64,000 nt of DNA from Solirubrobacterales bacterium. GTDB taxonomy: Bacteria > Actinomycetota > Thermoleophilia > Solirubrobacterales > 70-9. Position 1 is the stretch's first letter. Each line of letters begins with the position of its first letter. The notes beneath the pieces were generated by a model. That model was given only the letters and a program-made list of their open reading frames with translations. It had not been told where the DNA came from and ran no database searches. The DNA lies in NCBI GenBank assembly GCA_035689305.1, contig DASSLT010000033.1, forward strand, positions 46,794-110,793, in the 5' to 3' direction. Of the stretch, positions 55,524 through 64,000 are shown in pieces. A program made the position numbers and the translations under genes.

Positions 55524-57140
55524 ATGACCATGTTCCCCGTTGAGACCAAGGCCTGGCGAGTCCCCGCTCGCGTGGGGTTCGCCTTCCTCCTCTTCGCTGC
55601 GCTCAGCCTCGGCGTCGCGGTCGGCAACGCCGGCGCCGGCGGCGCCGGCTGCAACGGCAAGCAGGCGACGATCGCCTCCAACGCGGCGAAGATCATCGGC
55701 ACCAAAGCTCCGGACGTGATCGTCGCCGGCCCCGGCGACAACGAAATCGTCGGCGAAGGCGGCAACGACCTGATCTGCGCCGGTGCCGGCAACGACAGGG
55801 TCTTCGGAGTCCGCGGCAACGACACCGTTTTCGGCGAAGAAGGCACCGACACGATCCACGGCGAACGCGGCTCCGATGACCTCGACGGGGGCGGCGGCAG
55901 CGACCGCGTGCTCGGCGAAAACGGCAACGACGCCGTCAACGGCGGCGCCGGCGACGGCGACCAGGTCCTCGGCGGCCCCGGCGACGATTCGTTGAACGGC
56001 GGCGACGGCAACTTCGACGTCCTCGTCGGCGGCCCCGGCAACGACGGCATCGACGGCGGCCCCGGCGGCCACGACATCGCCTCCTACGCCGGCACCGGCG
56101 GCCCGGTCACGGTCGATCTCGGGTCCGGCACGGTCAGCGGTGCCGAGGGCGAGCACCTGAGCGGTGTCGAGGACGCGATCGGCGGCTCCGGCGACGATAC
56201 GCTGATCGGCGACGCCGCCAGCGCCAACCGCCTCGACGGCGGCCCCGGGAACGACGACCTCGAGGCCGCCGGACCGGGCGACGAAGCCTTCGGCGGTCCC
56301 GGCAGCGACCAGTGCGGCGGCGGTTTCGGCGCTGAGACCTCCTGCGGCCCCGAAGGCAGCGGCGCGACGGCGGAACTGTACGACTCGATCGACGGCTCCG
56401 ACAGCCTGATCGTCAGCGGCACCGCAGGCCCCGACAGCGTCACCGTTTCCTACTCCGGCGGCGCCTTCGTCGTCGAGGCCGACGGCGCGACGACGACGAT
56501 CCCCGGCCGCGCCGACTCGATCATCGCCGCGATGGGGGCCGGCAACGACTCGGTCACGATCGATCCCTCGGTCCCGGCCGGCATCGCCGCCAACCTCGAA
56601 GGCGGCAAAGGCTCCGACACCCTGCGCGGCGGCCCCGGCGACGACGTCCTCTATGCCGGCGAAGACCACGATCCCGACACTCTCGAAGGCGGTGGCGGCG
56701 ACGACGTCGAGTACGGCGTCAACATCTTCCACCCGCGCAAAGACTCGGGCGCGGCGACGTTGCTCGGCGGCCCCGGCGACGACCTGATGATCGGCGGTCA
56801 GCCCTGCGACGGCGACAGCTTCGACGGCGGCCCCGGCGACAACGACTCCGCCTCCTTCGCCCGCGTCCGCAACTCCGGCATCGTCGTCGACGCGAAGATC
56901 GGCGGCACCGTCACCGATCCCGGCACCGGCGGCTGCAACGCCGGCCACATCGACGCCAGCGTCGAGAAGATCGAGGGCTCACCCGGCCCCGACATCCTCA
57001 CCGGCGACGGCACCGCCAACAAGCTGCTCGGCCGCGGCGGCGACGACCGCCTCGACGGCGCCGGCGGCGGCGACGAGTGCATCGGCGGCACCGGCGACGA
57101 CTCCGCCGTGTCGTGCGCCAAAGTCGCCTCCGTCCCCTAG
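55524..57140 (+). CDS. Large secreted protein with many RTX-type (GGxGxD / GxxGxD) calcium-binding repeats
   Basis: N-terminal hydrophobic signal (FAFLLFAALSLGVAVGNAGA), then GEGGNDLICAGAGNDRVFGVRGNDTVFGEEGTDTIHGERGSDDLDGGGGSDRVLGENGND... recurring along the protein. Confidence 0.8.
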   Translation: MTMFPVETKAWRVPARVGFAFLLFAALSLGVAVGNAGAGGAGCNGKQATIASNAAKIIGTKAPDVIVAGPGDNEIVGEGGNDLICAGAGNDRVFGVRGNDTVFGEEGTDTIHGERGSDDLDGGGGSDRVLGENGNDAVNGGAGDGDQVLGGPGDDSLNGGDGNFDVLVGGPGNDGIDGGPGGHDIASYAGTGGPVTVDLGSGTVSGAEGEHLSGVEDAIGGSGDDTLIGDAASANRLDGGPGNDDLEAAGPGDEAFGGPGSDQCGGGFGAETSCGPEGSGATAELYDSIDGSDSLIVSGTAGPDSVTVSYSGGAFVVEADGATTTIPGRADSIIAAMGAGNDSVTIDPSVPAGIAANLEGGKGSDTLRGGPGDDVLYAGEDHDPDTLEGGGGDDVEYGVNIFHPRKDSGAATLLGGPGDDLMIGGQPCDGDSFDGGPGDNDSASFARVRNSGIVVDAKIGGTVTDPGTGGCNAGHIDASVEKIEGSPGPDILTGDGTANKLLGRGGDDRLDGAGGGDECIGGTGDDSAVSCAKVASVP

Positions 57141-57145
57141 GACGT

Positions 57146-57191
57146 CGAGTGTTGAGTTAGCCGGCCTATAGCCCGGCTAACTCAACACTCG
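57146..57191. terminator. Palindromic hairpin element H3 between convergent genes
   Basis: CGAGTGTTGAGTTAGCCGG-cctatagc-CCGGCTAACTCAACACTCG has a 19-bp stem and lies between the stops at 57140 and 57201. Confidence 0.55.
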
Positions 57192-57200
57192 GCCGGGGGG

Positions 57201-58241
57201 TCAAACGGTCCAGGTGTCGCCGGAGCGCAGCAGGTCGCCGACGTCGCCGAGGGTGGCGCCGGCGTGGGCGGCTTCGAGCTCGTTCTGGCGCTCGGAGCCG
57301 TAGACGGGCCGCTTGACGTCGCGGAAGACGCCGATCGGCGTCGGGCCGGTGGGGGCGTCGGCGAGGCGGGCCAAGGCGGTGGCGTGGCTCGGGTCCTCGA
57401 CGTGGGCGTCGTGGACGACGAGGCCGCGCTCGCCGGCGTCGGCGACGTCGACCACCTCGAGACCGCCGGCGCCGGAGCGGACGACGCCTTTCTCGAGGTC
57501 TTCGCCGAAGCGGATCGGCTGGCCGTGCTCGAGCCGGATCTGGTTGTGGGCGCCGGCCTTGCCGCGGACGGCGTCGAAGGCGCCGTCGTTGAAGACGTTG
57601 CAGTTCTGGTAGATCTCGACGATCGCCGCACCCGGGTGCTCGGCGGCGGCCCGCAGGGTGTCGCGCACGTGCTGCTTCTCGACGTCGATCGTGCGGGCGA
57701 CGAAGGAGGCGTCGGCGCCGAGCGCCAGCGCCAGCGGGTTGAAGGGATGGTCCTCGGAGCCGAACGGGGTCGACTTCGTCACCTTGCCGGTCTCCGAGGT
57801 CGGCGAGTACTGGCCCTTGGTCAGCCCGTAGATCTGGTTGTTGAAGAGCAGGATCTTGATCGGGACGTTGCGGCGCAGGGCGTGGATCAGGTGGTTGCCG
57901 CCGATCGAGAGCGAGTCGCCGTCGCCGGAGACGACCCAGACCGAGAGGTCCTCGCGGGCGGTCGCGATCCCCGTCGCCAGCGCCGGCGCCCGGCCGTGGA
58001 TGCCGTGCATCCCGTAGGTGTCCATGTAGTAGACGAAGCGGCCGGCGCAGCCGATCCCGGAGATGAAGACCGTTTTCTCCGGCGGCACCCCGAGTTCGGG
58101 CATCAGCGTCTGGACCGAGTTGAGGATCGCGTAGTCGCCGCAGCCCGGGCACCAGCGGGTTTCCTGGCCGGACTGGAAGTCGGCCTTGGTCAGCGTCGCG
58201 GTGGCGCCGCCAAGCTGGTTGTCGTGGCCATTGCTACTCAT
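57201..58241 (-). CDS. korB: 2-oxoacid:ferredoxin oxidoreductase, beta (TPP-binding) subunit
   Basis: TRWCPGCGDYAIL, GIGCAGR and VVSGDGDSLSIGGNH. It overlaps korA by 8 nt. Confidence 0.9.
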   Translation of the reverse strand: MSSNGHDNQLGGATATLTKADFQSGQETRWCPGCGDYAILNSVQTLMPELGVPPEKTVFISGIGCAGRFVYYMDTYGMHGIHGRAPALATGIATAREDLSVWVVSGDGDSLSIGGNHLIHALRRNVPIKILLFNNQIYGLTKGQYSPTSETGKVTKSTPFGSEDHPFNPLALALGADASFVARTIDVEKQHVRDTLRAAAEHPGAAIVEIYQNCNVFNDGAFDAVRGKAGAHNQIRLEHGQPIRFGEDLEKGVVRSGAGGLEVVDVADAGERGLVVHDAHVEDPSHATALARLADAPTGPTPIGVFRDVKRPVYGSERQNELEAAHAGATLGDVGDLLRSGDTWTV

Positions 58242-60081
58242 CGTTTCCCAGCACCTCCAATATTGCCTGCTCGAGCTCCTCGGCCAGGATCGGCAGGCCC
58301 TCGACCTTGTTGTAGCCGGCGGCGTCGACCAGGAACTTGTCGCGGACGATGCTCCGCAGCTGGCCGGTGTTGAGCTCCGGCACCAGCACCTTCGCGAAGC
58401 CCTTGACCACCTCGCCGGTGTTGGCCGGCAGCGGTTCGACGTGGCGCAGGTGGGCGGTCGCGATCGGGATGCCGCGGTTGCGGATGCGGCGGGCGGCGGC
58501 GCCGATCACGCCCGAGGTCGAGCCCCAGCCGAGCACCAGCAGCTCCGCGCCCTCGTCGGCGTCGACCGTCAGCGGCGGCAGCTCCTCGGCCAGCTTCTCC
58601 AGCTTCTCGGCCCGCAGCTTCGTCATCAGGGCGTGGTTGGCGGGGTCGTAGCTGACCTTGCCCGAGCCGTGCTCCTTCTCGAGGCCGCCGAGCCGGTGCT
58701 GGAGCCCGGGCGTGCCGGGGATCGCCCAGGGGCGGGCGCCGCGCTCGTCGCGCAGGTAGGGGAGGAACTCGTCGCCGGCGTTCGGGCCCTCGGCGAAGTC
58801 GGGGTCGATCTCCGGCAGCTGCTCGACGTCGGGCAGCTTCCAGGGCTCGGAGGAGTTCATCAGGAAGGTGTCGGCGAGGAGGATCACCGGGGTCCGGTAG
58901 CGGATCGCGATCCGCGCCGCTTCGACCGCGGACTCGAAGCAGTCGGCCGGGGTCGACGGCGCGATCACCGGCAGCGGCGACTCGCCGTGGCGGCCGTGGA
59001 TCGCCATCAGCAGGTCCGACTGTTCGGTTTTGGTCGGCAGCCCGGTCGAGGGACCGGAGCGCTGGACGTCGATGATCACCAGCGGCAGCTCGACCATCGC
59101 CGCCAGGGCGATCGTCTCCGCCTTCAGGTCCATGCCCGGGCCGCTGGTCGAGGTGACGCCGAGCTTGCCGCCGAAGGAGGCGCCGAGCGCCATGTTGGCG
59201 GCGGCGAGCTCGTCCTCGGCCTGGACGGTGCGGACGCCGAAGCGGTTGTGGCGGGCGAGGTGGTGGAGCAGTTCCGAGGCCGGCGTGATCGGGTAGCTGG
59301 CGAAGAAGAGCTGCAGGCCGCTGCGGACCGAGGCGGCGATCAGGCCCATCGCCAGCGCGTTGGCGCCGTTGATGTTGCGGTATTCGCCCGACTCCAGCGG
59401 CGCCGGCGCGACCTCGACCGGGGTGACCGCGATCTCGGTCGTGTCGCCGAAGTTGTAGCCGGCTTTGAAGGCGGCGACGTTGCCGGCCAGGATCGCCGGC
59501 CGTTTCGCGAATTTGGTCTCCAGCCAGGCGATCGTTTCTTTGCGCGGCCGCCCATACATCCAGGAGATCAGGCCGAGCGCGAAGAGGTTCTTGGTCCGCT
59601 GCGCCTCGGCCGGTTTCAGCCCCTCGACCTCCTCGGTCGCGCGGGTCGTCAGCGTCGTCATCGGCACCTTGAAGACCTGGTAGTCGTCGACCGTGCCGTC
59701 CTCGAGCGGGTTCGCCTCGTAGCCGGCCTTGCGCAGGTTGGCGTCGGTGAAGGCGTCCTCGTTGACGATCAGGGTGCCGCCCGCCTGCAGGGAGGCGAGG
59801 TGGGCTTTGACCGCCGCCGGGTTCATCGCCACCAGCGTGTTCGGGTGGTCGCCGGGGGTGAGGATGTCGCGCGAGGCGAAGTGGATCTGGAAGGCGGAGA
59901 CGCCGCCCGGGGTGCCGGCCGGGGCGCGGATCTCAGCCGGGAAGTCCGGCAGGGTCGAGAGGTCGTTGCCGACGTGCGCGGTCGCCGCCGTGAAGCGGTC
60001 GCCGACCAGCTGCATACCGTCGCCGGAGTCGCCCGCGAAGCGGATGATGACGGTCTCGGGCTTCTTTGACGTTTTAGTCAC
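58234..60081 (-). CDS. korA: 2-oxoacid:ferredoxin oxidoreductase, alpha subunit
   Basis: IIRFAGDSGDGMQLVG..., SYPITPASE and GPSTGLPTKTEQSDL. Confidence 0.9.
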   Translation of the reverse strand: MTKTSKKPETVIIRFAGDSGDGMQLVGDRFTAATAHVGNDLSTLPDFPAEIRAPAGTPGGVSAFQIHFASRDILTPGDHPNTLVAMNPAAVKAHLASLQAGGTLIVNEDAFTDANLRKAGYEANPLEDGTVDDYQVFKVPMTTLTTRATEEVEGLKPAEAQRTKNLFALGLISWMYGRPRKETIAWLETKFAKRPAILAGNVAAFKAGYNFGDTTEIAVTPVEVAPAPLESGEYRNINGANALAMGLIAASVRSGLQLFFASYPITPASELLHHLARHNRFGVRTVQAEDELAAANMALGASFGGKLGVTSTSGPGMDLKAETIALAAMVELPLVIIDVQRSGPSTGLPTKTEQSDLLMAIHGRHGESPLPVIAPSTPADCFESAVEAARIAIRYRTPVILLADTFLMNSSEPWKLPDVEQLPEIDPDFAEGPNAGDEFLPYLRDERGARPWAIPGTPGLQHRLGGLEKEHGSGKVSYDPANHALMTKLRAEKLEKLAEELPPLTVDADEGAELLVLGWGSTSGVIGAAARRIRNRGIPIATAHLRHVEPLPANTGEVVKGFAKVLVPELNTGQLRSIVRDKFLVDAAGYNKVEGLPILAEELEQAILEVLGNDE

Positions 60082-60225
60082 GATTCGGCTTGGCCCCTCC
60101 CGCCAGGCCGGTTGTATGCAAGGTACCGATCGTCGCCGACGCGCGAGTTCGCAGGAACTCCCCTTTTGGGGAGTTCGACAGGGGAGGCTCCCGGCCGGGA
60201 GCCCGGTTCGCCGTCTGTGTCCGGC

Positions 60226-61332
60226 TCAGACGAAGTCGATGACGCTGCGGATTCCATCCTGGGCCTCCATCAGCTCGAAGCCGCGGTTGACTTCGTCGAG
60301 CGCGAGGCGGTGTGAAATGAAGGGGGCGACGTCGATCTCGCCGGCGAGGGCGCGCTCGACCAGCTCCGGCACCTGGTCGCGGCCCTTGACGCCGCCGAAC
60401 GAGGAGCCGGCGATGCGGCGGCCGGTGATCAGGAAGCGCGGCACGACGTCGAGCGTCTCGCCCTTGCCGGCGACGCCGGCGACGGTACACAGGCCCCAGG
60501 CCATCCGCGCCGCTTCGACCGCCTGGCGCATGACGGCGACGTTGCCGGTCGCCTCGAAGGTGTAGTCGGCGCCGAAGCCGTCGGTCATCTCGAGGATGCG
60601 CTCGACGGTGTCCTCGCCGCCGATCATCACTTCGGTCGCGCCCTGGCCCTTGGCCAGCTCGAGGCGGTCCTCGGAGAGGTCGACGCAGACGATCCGCTCG
60701 GCGCCCTGCAGGCGGGCGCCGGCGACGGCGCCGAGGCCGACCATGCCGGCGCCGAAGATGACGCAGGTGCTGCCGGGCTCGACCTTGGCGGTGTTGATCG
60801 CGGCGCCGAGGCCGGTCGAGAGGCCGCAGGCGAAGAGGCAGACGTGCTCGAACGGGGCCTCGGGGTCGACCTTGGCCAAGGCAATCTCGGGCATCACCGT
60901 GTACTCGGCGAAGGTCGAGCAGCCCATGAAGTGGCGGATCTCCTCGTCGCCGCGCGAGAGCCGGGTCGAGCCGTCCGGCAGGTGGCCGAGGTTCTGCTCG
61001 GCGCGGATCGCCATGCAGAGGTTGGTCCGCGGATCGACGCAGTGGACGCACTCGCGGCACTGCGGCGAGAACAGGGTGACGACGTGGTCGCCGACCGCCA
61101 GCGAGCTGACCCCCTCGCCGACCTTCTCGACCACCCCGGCGCCCTCGTGCCCGAGCACCGCCGGCGCGTAGCCGGAGGGGTCGGCGCCGGAGGCGGTGTA
61201 GAGGTCGGTGTGGCAGACCCCGCAGGCGACGAGCCGGACCAGAACCTCGCCTGCCCGCGGCTCCTCGAGCTCGACGTCCTGGATCGCGAGCGGCGCCCCG
61301 AACTCCTCCAGCACGGCGGCCTTGATCTGCAT
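60226..61332 (-). CDS. Zn-dependent alcohol dehydrogenase, class III / S-(hydroxymethyl)mycothiol-dehydrogenase-like
   Basis: ACGVCHTDLY, GHEGAGVVE, structural-zinc CRECVHCVDPRTNLC and GAGMVGLG. ATG at 61332 (MQIKAAVL). Confidence 0.85.
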   Translation of the reverse strand: MQIKAAVLEEFGAPLAIQDVELEEPRAGEVLVRLVACGVCHTDLYTASGADPSGYAPAVLGHEGAGVVEKVGEGVSSLAVGDHVVTLFSPQCRECVHCVDPRTNLCMAIRAEQNLGHLPDGSTRLSRGDEEIRHFMGCSTFAEYTVMPEIALAKVDPEAPFEHVCLFACGLSTGLGAAINTAKVEPGSTCVIFGAGMVGLGAVAGARLQGAERIVCVDLSEDRLELAKGQGATEVMIGGEDTVERILEMTDGFGADYTFEATGNVAVMRQAVEAARMAWGLCTVAGVAGKGETLDVVPRFLITGRRIAGSSFGGVKGRDQVPELVERALAGEIDVAPFISHRLALDEVNRGFELMEAQDGIRSVIDFV

Positions 61333-61404
61333 CCGACCAAGGTACCGGGTGCCGGGTAGGGATACTTGACCGACGATCGGCGACGAAGAGCAAGGGAGGA
61401 TCAA

Positions 61405-61770
61405 GTGGAGATCACCGGCACCGACTTCATCGGCATCCCGACGCAGGACGCGGAGCGCTCGCGCGCGTTCTACGTCGAGACGCTGGGCCTGCGCCCCGAC
61501 GAGCACTCGCGCTTCGAGTGCTGGGCCGGGGACACCTGTTACGGGATCTGGGAACCGGAGCAGCAGGGGATGCCGTTCGCGCCGCGCAAGAACGGCCACC
61601 CGGCGCTGCACGTCGACGACGTCGCCGCCGCCCGGGCCGAGCTCGAGGCGAAAGGGGTCGAGTTCGTGGGCGACACCTTCGACACCGGCGTCTGCCACAT
61701 GGCCCTCTTCACCGACCCCGACGGCAACGACCTGATGCTCCACCGCCGCTACGCGCCCTACGACGACTGA
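61405..61770 (+). CDS. VOC/glyoxalase-family protein
   Basis: FIGIPTQDAERSRAFYVETLGL...ALFTDPDGNDLMLH. GTG 61405 is preceded by GGGAGGA. The track start is 61366. Confidence 0.75.
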   Translation: MEITGTDFIGIPTQDAERSRAFYVETLGLRPDEHSRFECWAGDTCYGIWEPEQQGMPFAPRKNGHPALHVDDVAAARAELEAKGVEFVGDTFDTGVCHMALFTDPDGNDLMLHRRYAPYDD

Positions 61771-61777
61771 GTCGCGC

Positions 61778-62572
61778 TTGAGCTTCACCTCCGCCCACCG
61801 CGGTGGCTCCGGTCCGCCGCTTGTCCTCCTGCACGGCTTCACCGACACCTGGCGGACCTGGGAGCTGGTCCTGCCCGAGCTCGAACGCCACCGCGAGGTG
61901 CTGGCGCCGACCCTCGCCGGCCACGCCGGTGGGCCGGCGCTCGCGGACGGGATCTCGGACGCGCTGCTCGCCGACGCAGTCGAGCGGGCGATGGACGAGG
62001 CCGGGTTCGAGACCGCTGACATCGCCGGCAACTCGCTCGGCGGCTATGTCGCCCTGCAGCTCGCCGAACGAGGCCGGGCGCGTTCGGTCGTCGCCTTCGC
62101 CCCGGCTGGGGGTTGGGCTCTGGACGATCCGGCGATGGGGGAGACGCTCGACTACTTCGTCGCCATGCAGCGCGGGGTCAAGGTCCTGGCCGGCCAGGCC
62201 GACCGGATCGCCGCCAGCGCCGAGGGCCGCCGCAACGCAACCCGGTTCATCGTCAGCAACCACGAGCACATCCCGGCCGAGCTGATCGTCCACATGATGG
62301 TCGGGGTCGCCCGCAGCGAGGTGGCGCCGCTGGTCGAGTTCGCGCGCGAGGCCGGCTACGGCCTCGACCCCGGGCGGATCACCTGCCCGGTCCGGATCGT
62401 CTGGGGGACCGCCGACCTGCTGCTCGGCTGGCCCTCGACCGCTGCCCGTTACCGGACCGAGTGGGTGCCCGGCGCCGAGTGGATCGAGCTCGAGGGAGTC
62501 GGCCACTGCCCCCAGCTCGACGTGCCGGTCGAGGCGGCGCAGCTGATCCTCGGCTTCAGCTCGGCGGGCTAG
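61778..62572 (+). CDS. Alpha/beta hydrolase
   Basis: LVLLHGFTDTW, nucleophile elbow GNSLGG, and a C-terminal GHCPQLD. Confidence 0.8.
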   Translation: MSFTSAHRGGSGPPLVLLHGFTDTWRTWELVLPELERHREVLAPTLAGHAGGPALADGISDALLADAVERAMDEAGFETADIAGNSLGGYVALQLAERGRARSVVAFAPAGGWALDDPAMGETLDYFVAMQRGVKVLAGQADRIAASAEGRRNATRFIVSNHEHIPAELIVHMMVGVARSEVAPLVEFAREAGYGLDPGRITCPVRIVWGTADLLLGWPSTAARYRTEWVPGAEWIELEGVGHCPQLDVPVEAAQLILGFSSAG

Positions 62573-62627
62573 CCCGTTTGGAGTTTCATCCGAAGCCGAA
62601 ACAATTCCTTGACTTCCCCGGGGGGCA

Positions 62628-63620
62628 TTGATGGAGAATCGTCCACCAATGCTGCGCGACCGCATGGACCCCGAACTGATCGAGGGGCTCGACGCTTTTC
62701 TCGCCGCCACCGGCCCTGGCGGGCTGGCGGCGATATCCGACCCCGTGCAACGGCGCGCGACCTTCCTCGAGTTGGTCCAGGCCGAGCCCGCCGAGCCCGA
62801 CGCGACCGTCGCCACCGAAGACCACCTGGCGCCCGGCCCGCCTGGCGCCCCACAGGTGCGGCTGCGCAGTTACCGGCCGGTCGCGGTCGATCAGCCTCTA
62901 CCCGCCGTCTATTACATCCACGGCGGCGGCATGGTGATCGGCGCGATCGAGACCGAGGATGCGATCACCCGCTGGCTCTGCGGCGCCGTCGGCTGTGCCG
63001 CGGTCTCGGTCGAATACCGGCTGGCGCCCGAGAACCCGCACCCGGCGCCGGTCGAGGACTGCTACGCCGGTCTCGCCTGGACCGCCGCCAACGCCCCTGA
63101 GCTGGGGATCGACCCGGACCGGATCGCCGTCTACGGCGGCAGCGCCGGCGGTGGCCTGGCGGCGGCGACCGCGATCCTCGCCCGCGACCGCGGCGGCCCG
63201 GCGCTGGCGTTTCAGATGCTGCTCTACCCGATGCTCGACGACCGCTGCTGCACACCGTCGTGCCGGGAGATCGACGACATCGGCGTCTTCGACGGCTGGG
63301 CCAGCGAGGAGGGCTGGCGCGCCCTGCTCGGCGAGCGCTGGGCGACGGCGGCGGTCGAGCCGGCGGCGGCACCCGCCCGCAGCATCGACCTCTCCGGCCT
63401 GCCGCCGACCTGGATCGACGTCGGCGAGCTCGACTCGTTGCGCGACGAGAGCGTCGAATACGCGCTGCGGCTGATGCAGGCCGGGGTCGCCACCGACCTC
63501 CACGTCTACCCGGCCGTCTTCCACGCCTGGGAGTTCTTCGTCCCCGACGCCGAGTCTTCGGGCCGGGTCAAAGTCGAGCGGGTGGCGGCGCTGCGGCGGG
63601 CGTTCGCGCTCGACCCTTGA
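62628..63620 (+). CDS. Alpha/beta-hydrolase-fold-3 esterase/lipase (HSL family)
   Basis: YYIHGGGMVIG (HGGG oxyanion motif), GGSAGGGLA (GxSxG) and VFHAWE. Confidence 0.85.
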   Translation: MMENRPPMLRDRMDPELIEGLDAFLAATGPGGLAAISDPVQRRATFLELVQAEPAEPDATVATEDHLAPGPPGAPQVRLRSYRPVAVDQPLPAVYYIHGGGMVIGAIETEDAITRWLCGAVGCAAVSVEYRLAPENPHPAPVEDCYAGLAWTAANAPELGIDPDRIAVYGGSAGGGLAAATAILARDRGGPALAFQMLLYPMLDDRCCTPSCREIDDIGVFDGWASEEGWRALLGERWATAAVEPAAAPARSIDLSGLPPTWIDVGELDSLRDESVEYALRLMQAGVATDLHVYPAVFHAWEFFVPDAESSGRVKVERVAALRRAFALDP

Positions 63621-63824
63621 GCGCGAACGCCCGCCGGACATCAGGTTCCCTTTGTAGAAGCGGCCGGCATGACCGAGCCCTGATTGCTCAGCTTCATGTA
63701 TCTCACCTCCTCCATCCAGAATGGTGGGGGATTTCCCTAACCACCCCACACAGGGGGGAGCATGGGTATCGGCTCGGACGTTGCTCGGTACGCTTCACTC
63801 GAAGACCATTTATGTAATCGCTTG

Positions 63825-64000
63825 ATGACGTCTGAATCGAAAACCCAGGTCGGAGCCGTGATCGCGGACGCCGAAGCGACCCTGTTCAAGGCGCTCTCGC
63901 ACCCCCTGCGCTACCGGCTGATGATGATCCTCGGCGAACGCGAGGCGAGCCCGAAGGAACTGGCCGAAATCCTCGGCGAGGGCTTCCACAAGACCTGGGA
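63825..64000 (+). CDS. ArsR-family regulator, N-terminal part (runs off the right edge)
   Basis: MTSESKTQVGAVIADAEATLFKALSHPLRYRLMMILGEREASPKELAEILG. Confidence 0.65.
   Translation, partial: MTSESKTQVGAVIADAEATLFKALSHPLRYRLMMILGEREASPKELAEILGEGFHKTW

Overview
This is a 64-kb, very GC-rich (about 70% by eye) chromosomal segment of an Actinomycetota-type genome. That assignment is inferred from a mycothiol-type Zn-ADH, furA-katG, korAB, an ECF sigma with a CU044-like partner, and several leaderless-looking starts. All calls rest on reading the sequence and on recalled family motifs; no database search was possible. I can support about 75 protein-coding genes and 1-2 pseudogenes. I found no rRNA, no intact tRNA, no CRISPR array, and no transposase or integrase. 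Most long Arg/Pro/Gly/Ala-rich ORFs in the track are antisense or out-of-frame artefacts of the high GC content. From left to right: (1) 1-3.55 kb holds a partial Dcm-type C5-methyltransferase, then a visibly lower-GC EcoRI/RsrI-family Type II R-M operon with a divergent XRE HTH gene. The R-M operon is bracketed by two diverged 227-bp direct repeats, each containing the 3' half of an initiator tRNA-Met plus a conserved terminator hairpin. (2) 3.5-37 kb is mainly housekeeping and accessory metabolism and regulators. It includes three ArsR-SRPBCC pairs with different palindromic operators, tandem TAP-like hydrolases, an ECF sigma module followed by a small RTX-repeat protein, an AraC-VOC-UvrA2 module, furA-katG, vapBC, a SARP regulator, and an EF-G paralogue with degenerate GTPase motifs. 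(3) 38-45 kb is the strongest candidate for an undescribed system. Three tandem paralogous genes encode a secreted 4-Cys protein with no family I recognise. A membrane GGDEF/HD-GYP c-di-GMP enzyme follows. Divergent from it is a 624-aa secreted protein built of three ~200-aa Cys-containing repeats. These genes share atypical A-ending codon usage. (4) 45-64 kb contains ALDH, PAP2, a glutaminase-STAS-cNMP fusion, a decayed patatin gene, GAF-GGDEF, PhoD-like, a truncated cyclase, an ECF sigma fused to a ZAS/TM/Pro-rich extension followed by a small duplicated-motif Cys protein and a large Sec-signal RTX-repeat protein, korAB, ADH and several hydrolases. A small family of related palindromic hairpins (GTGGTTGAGC-type arms) sits at three gene 3' ends.
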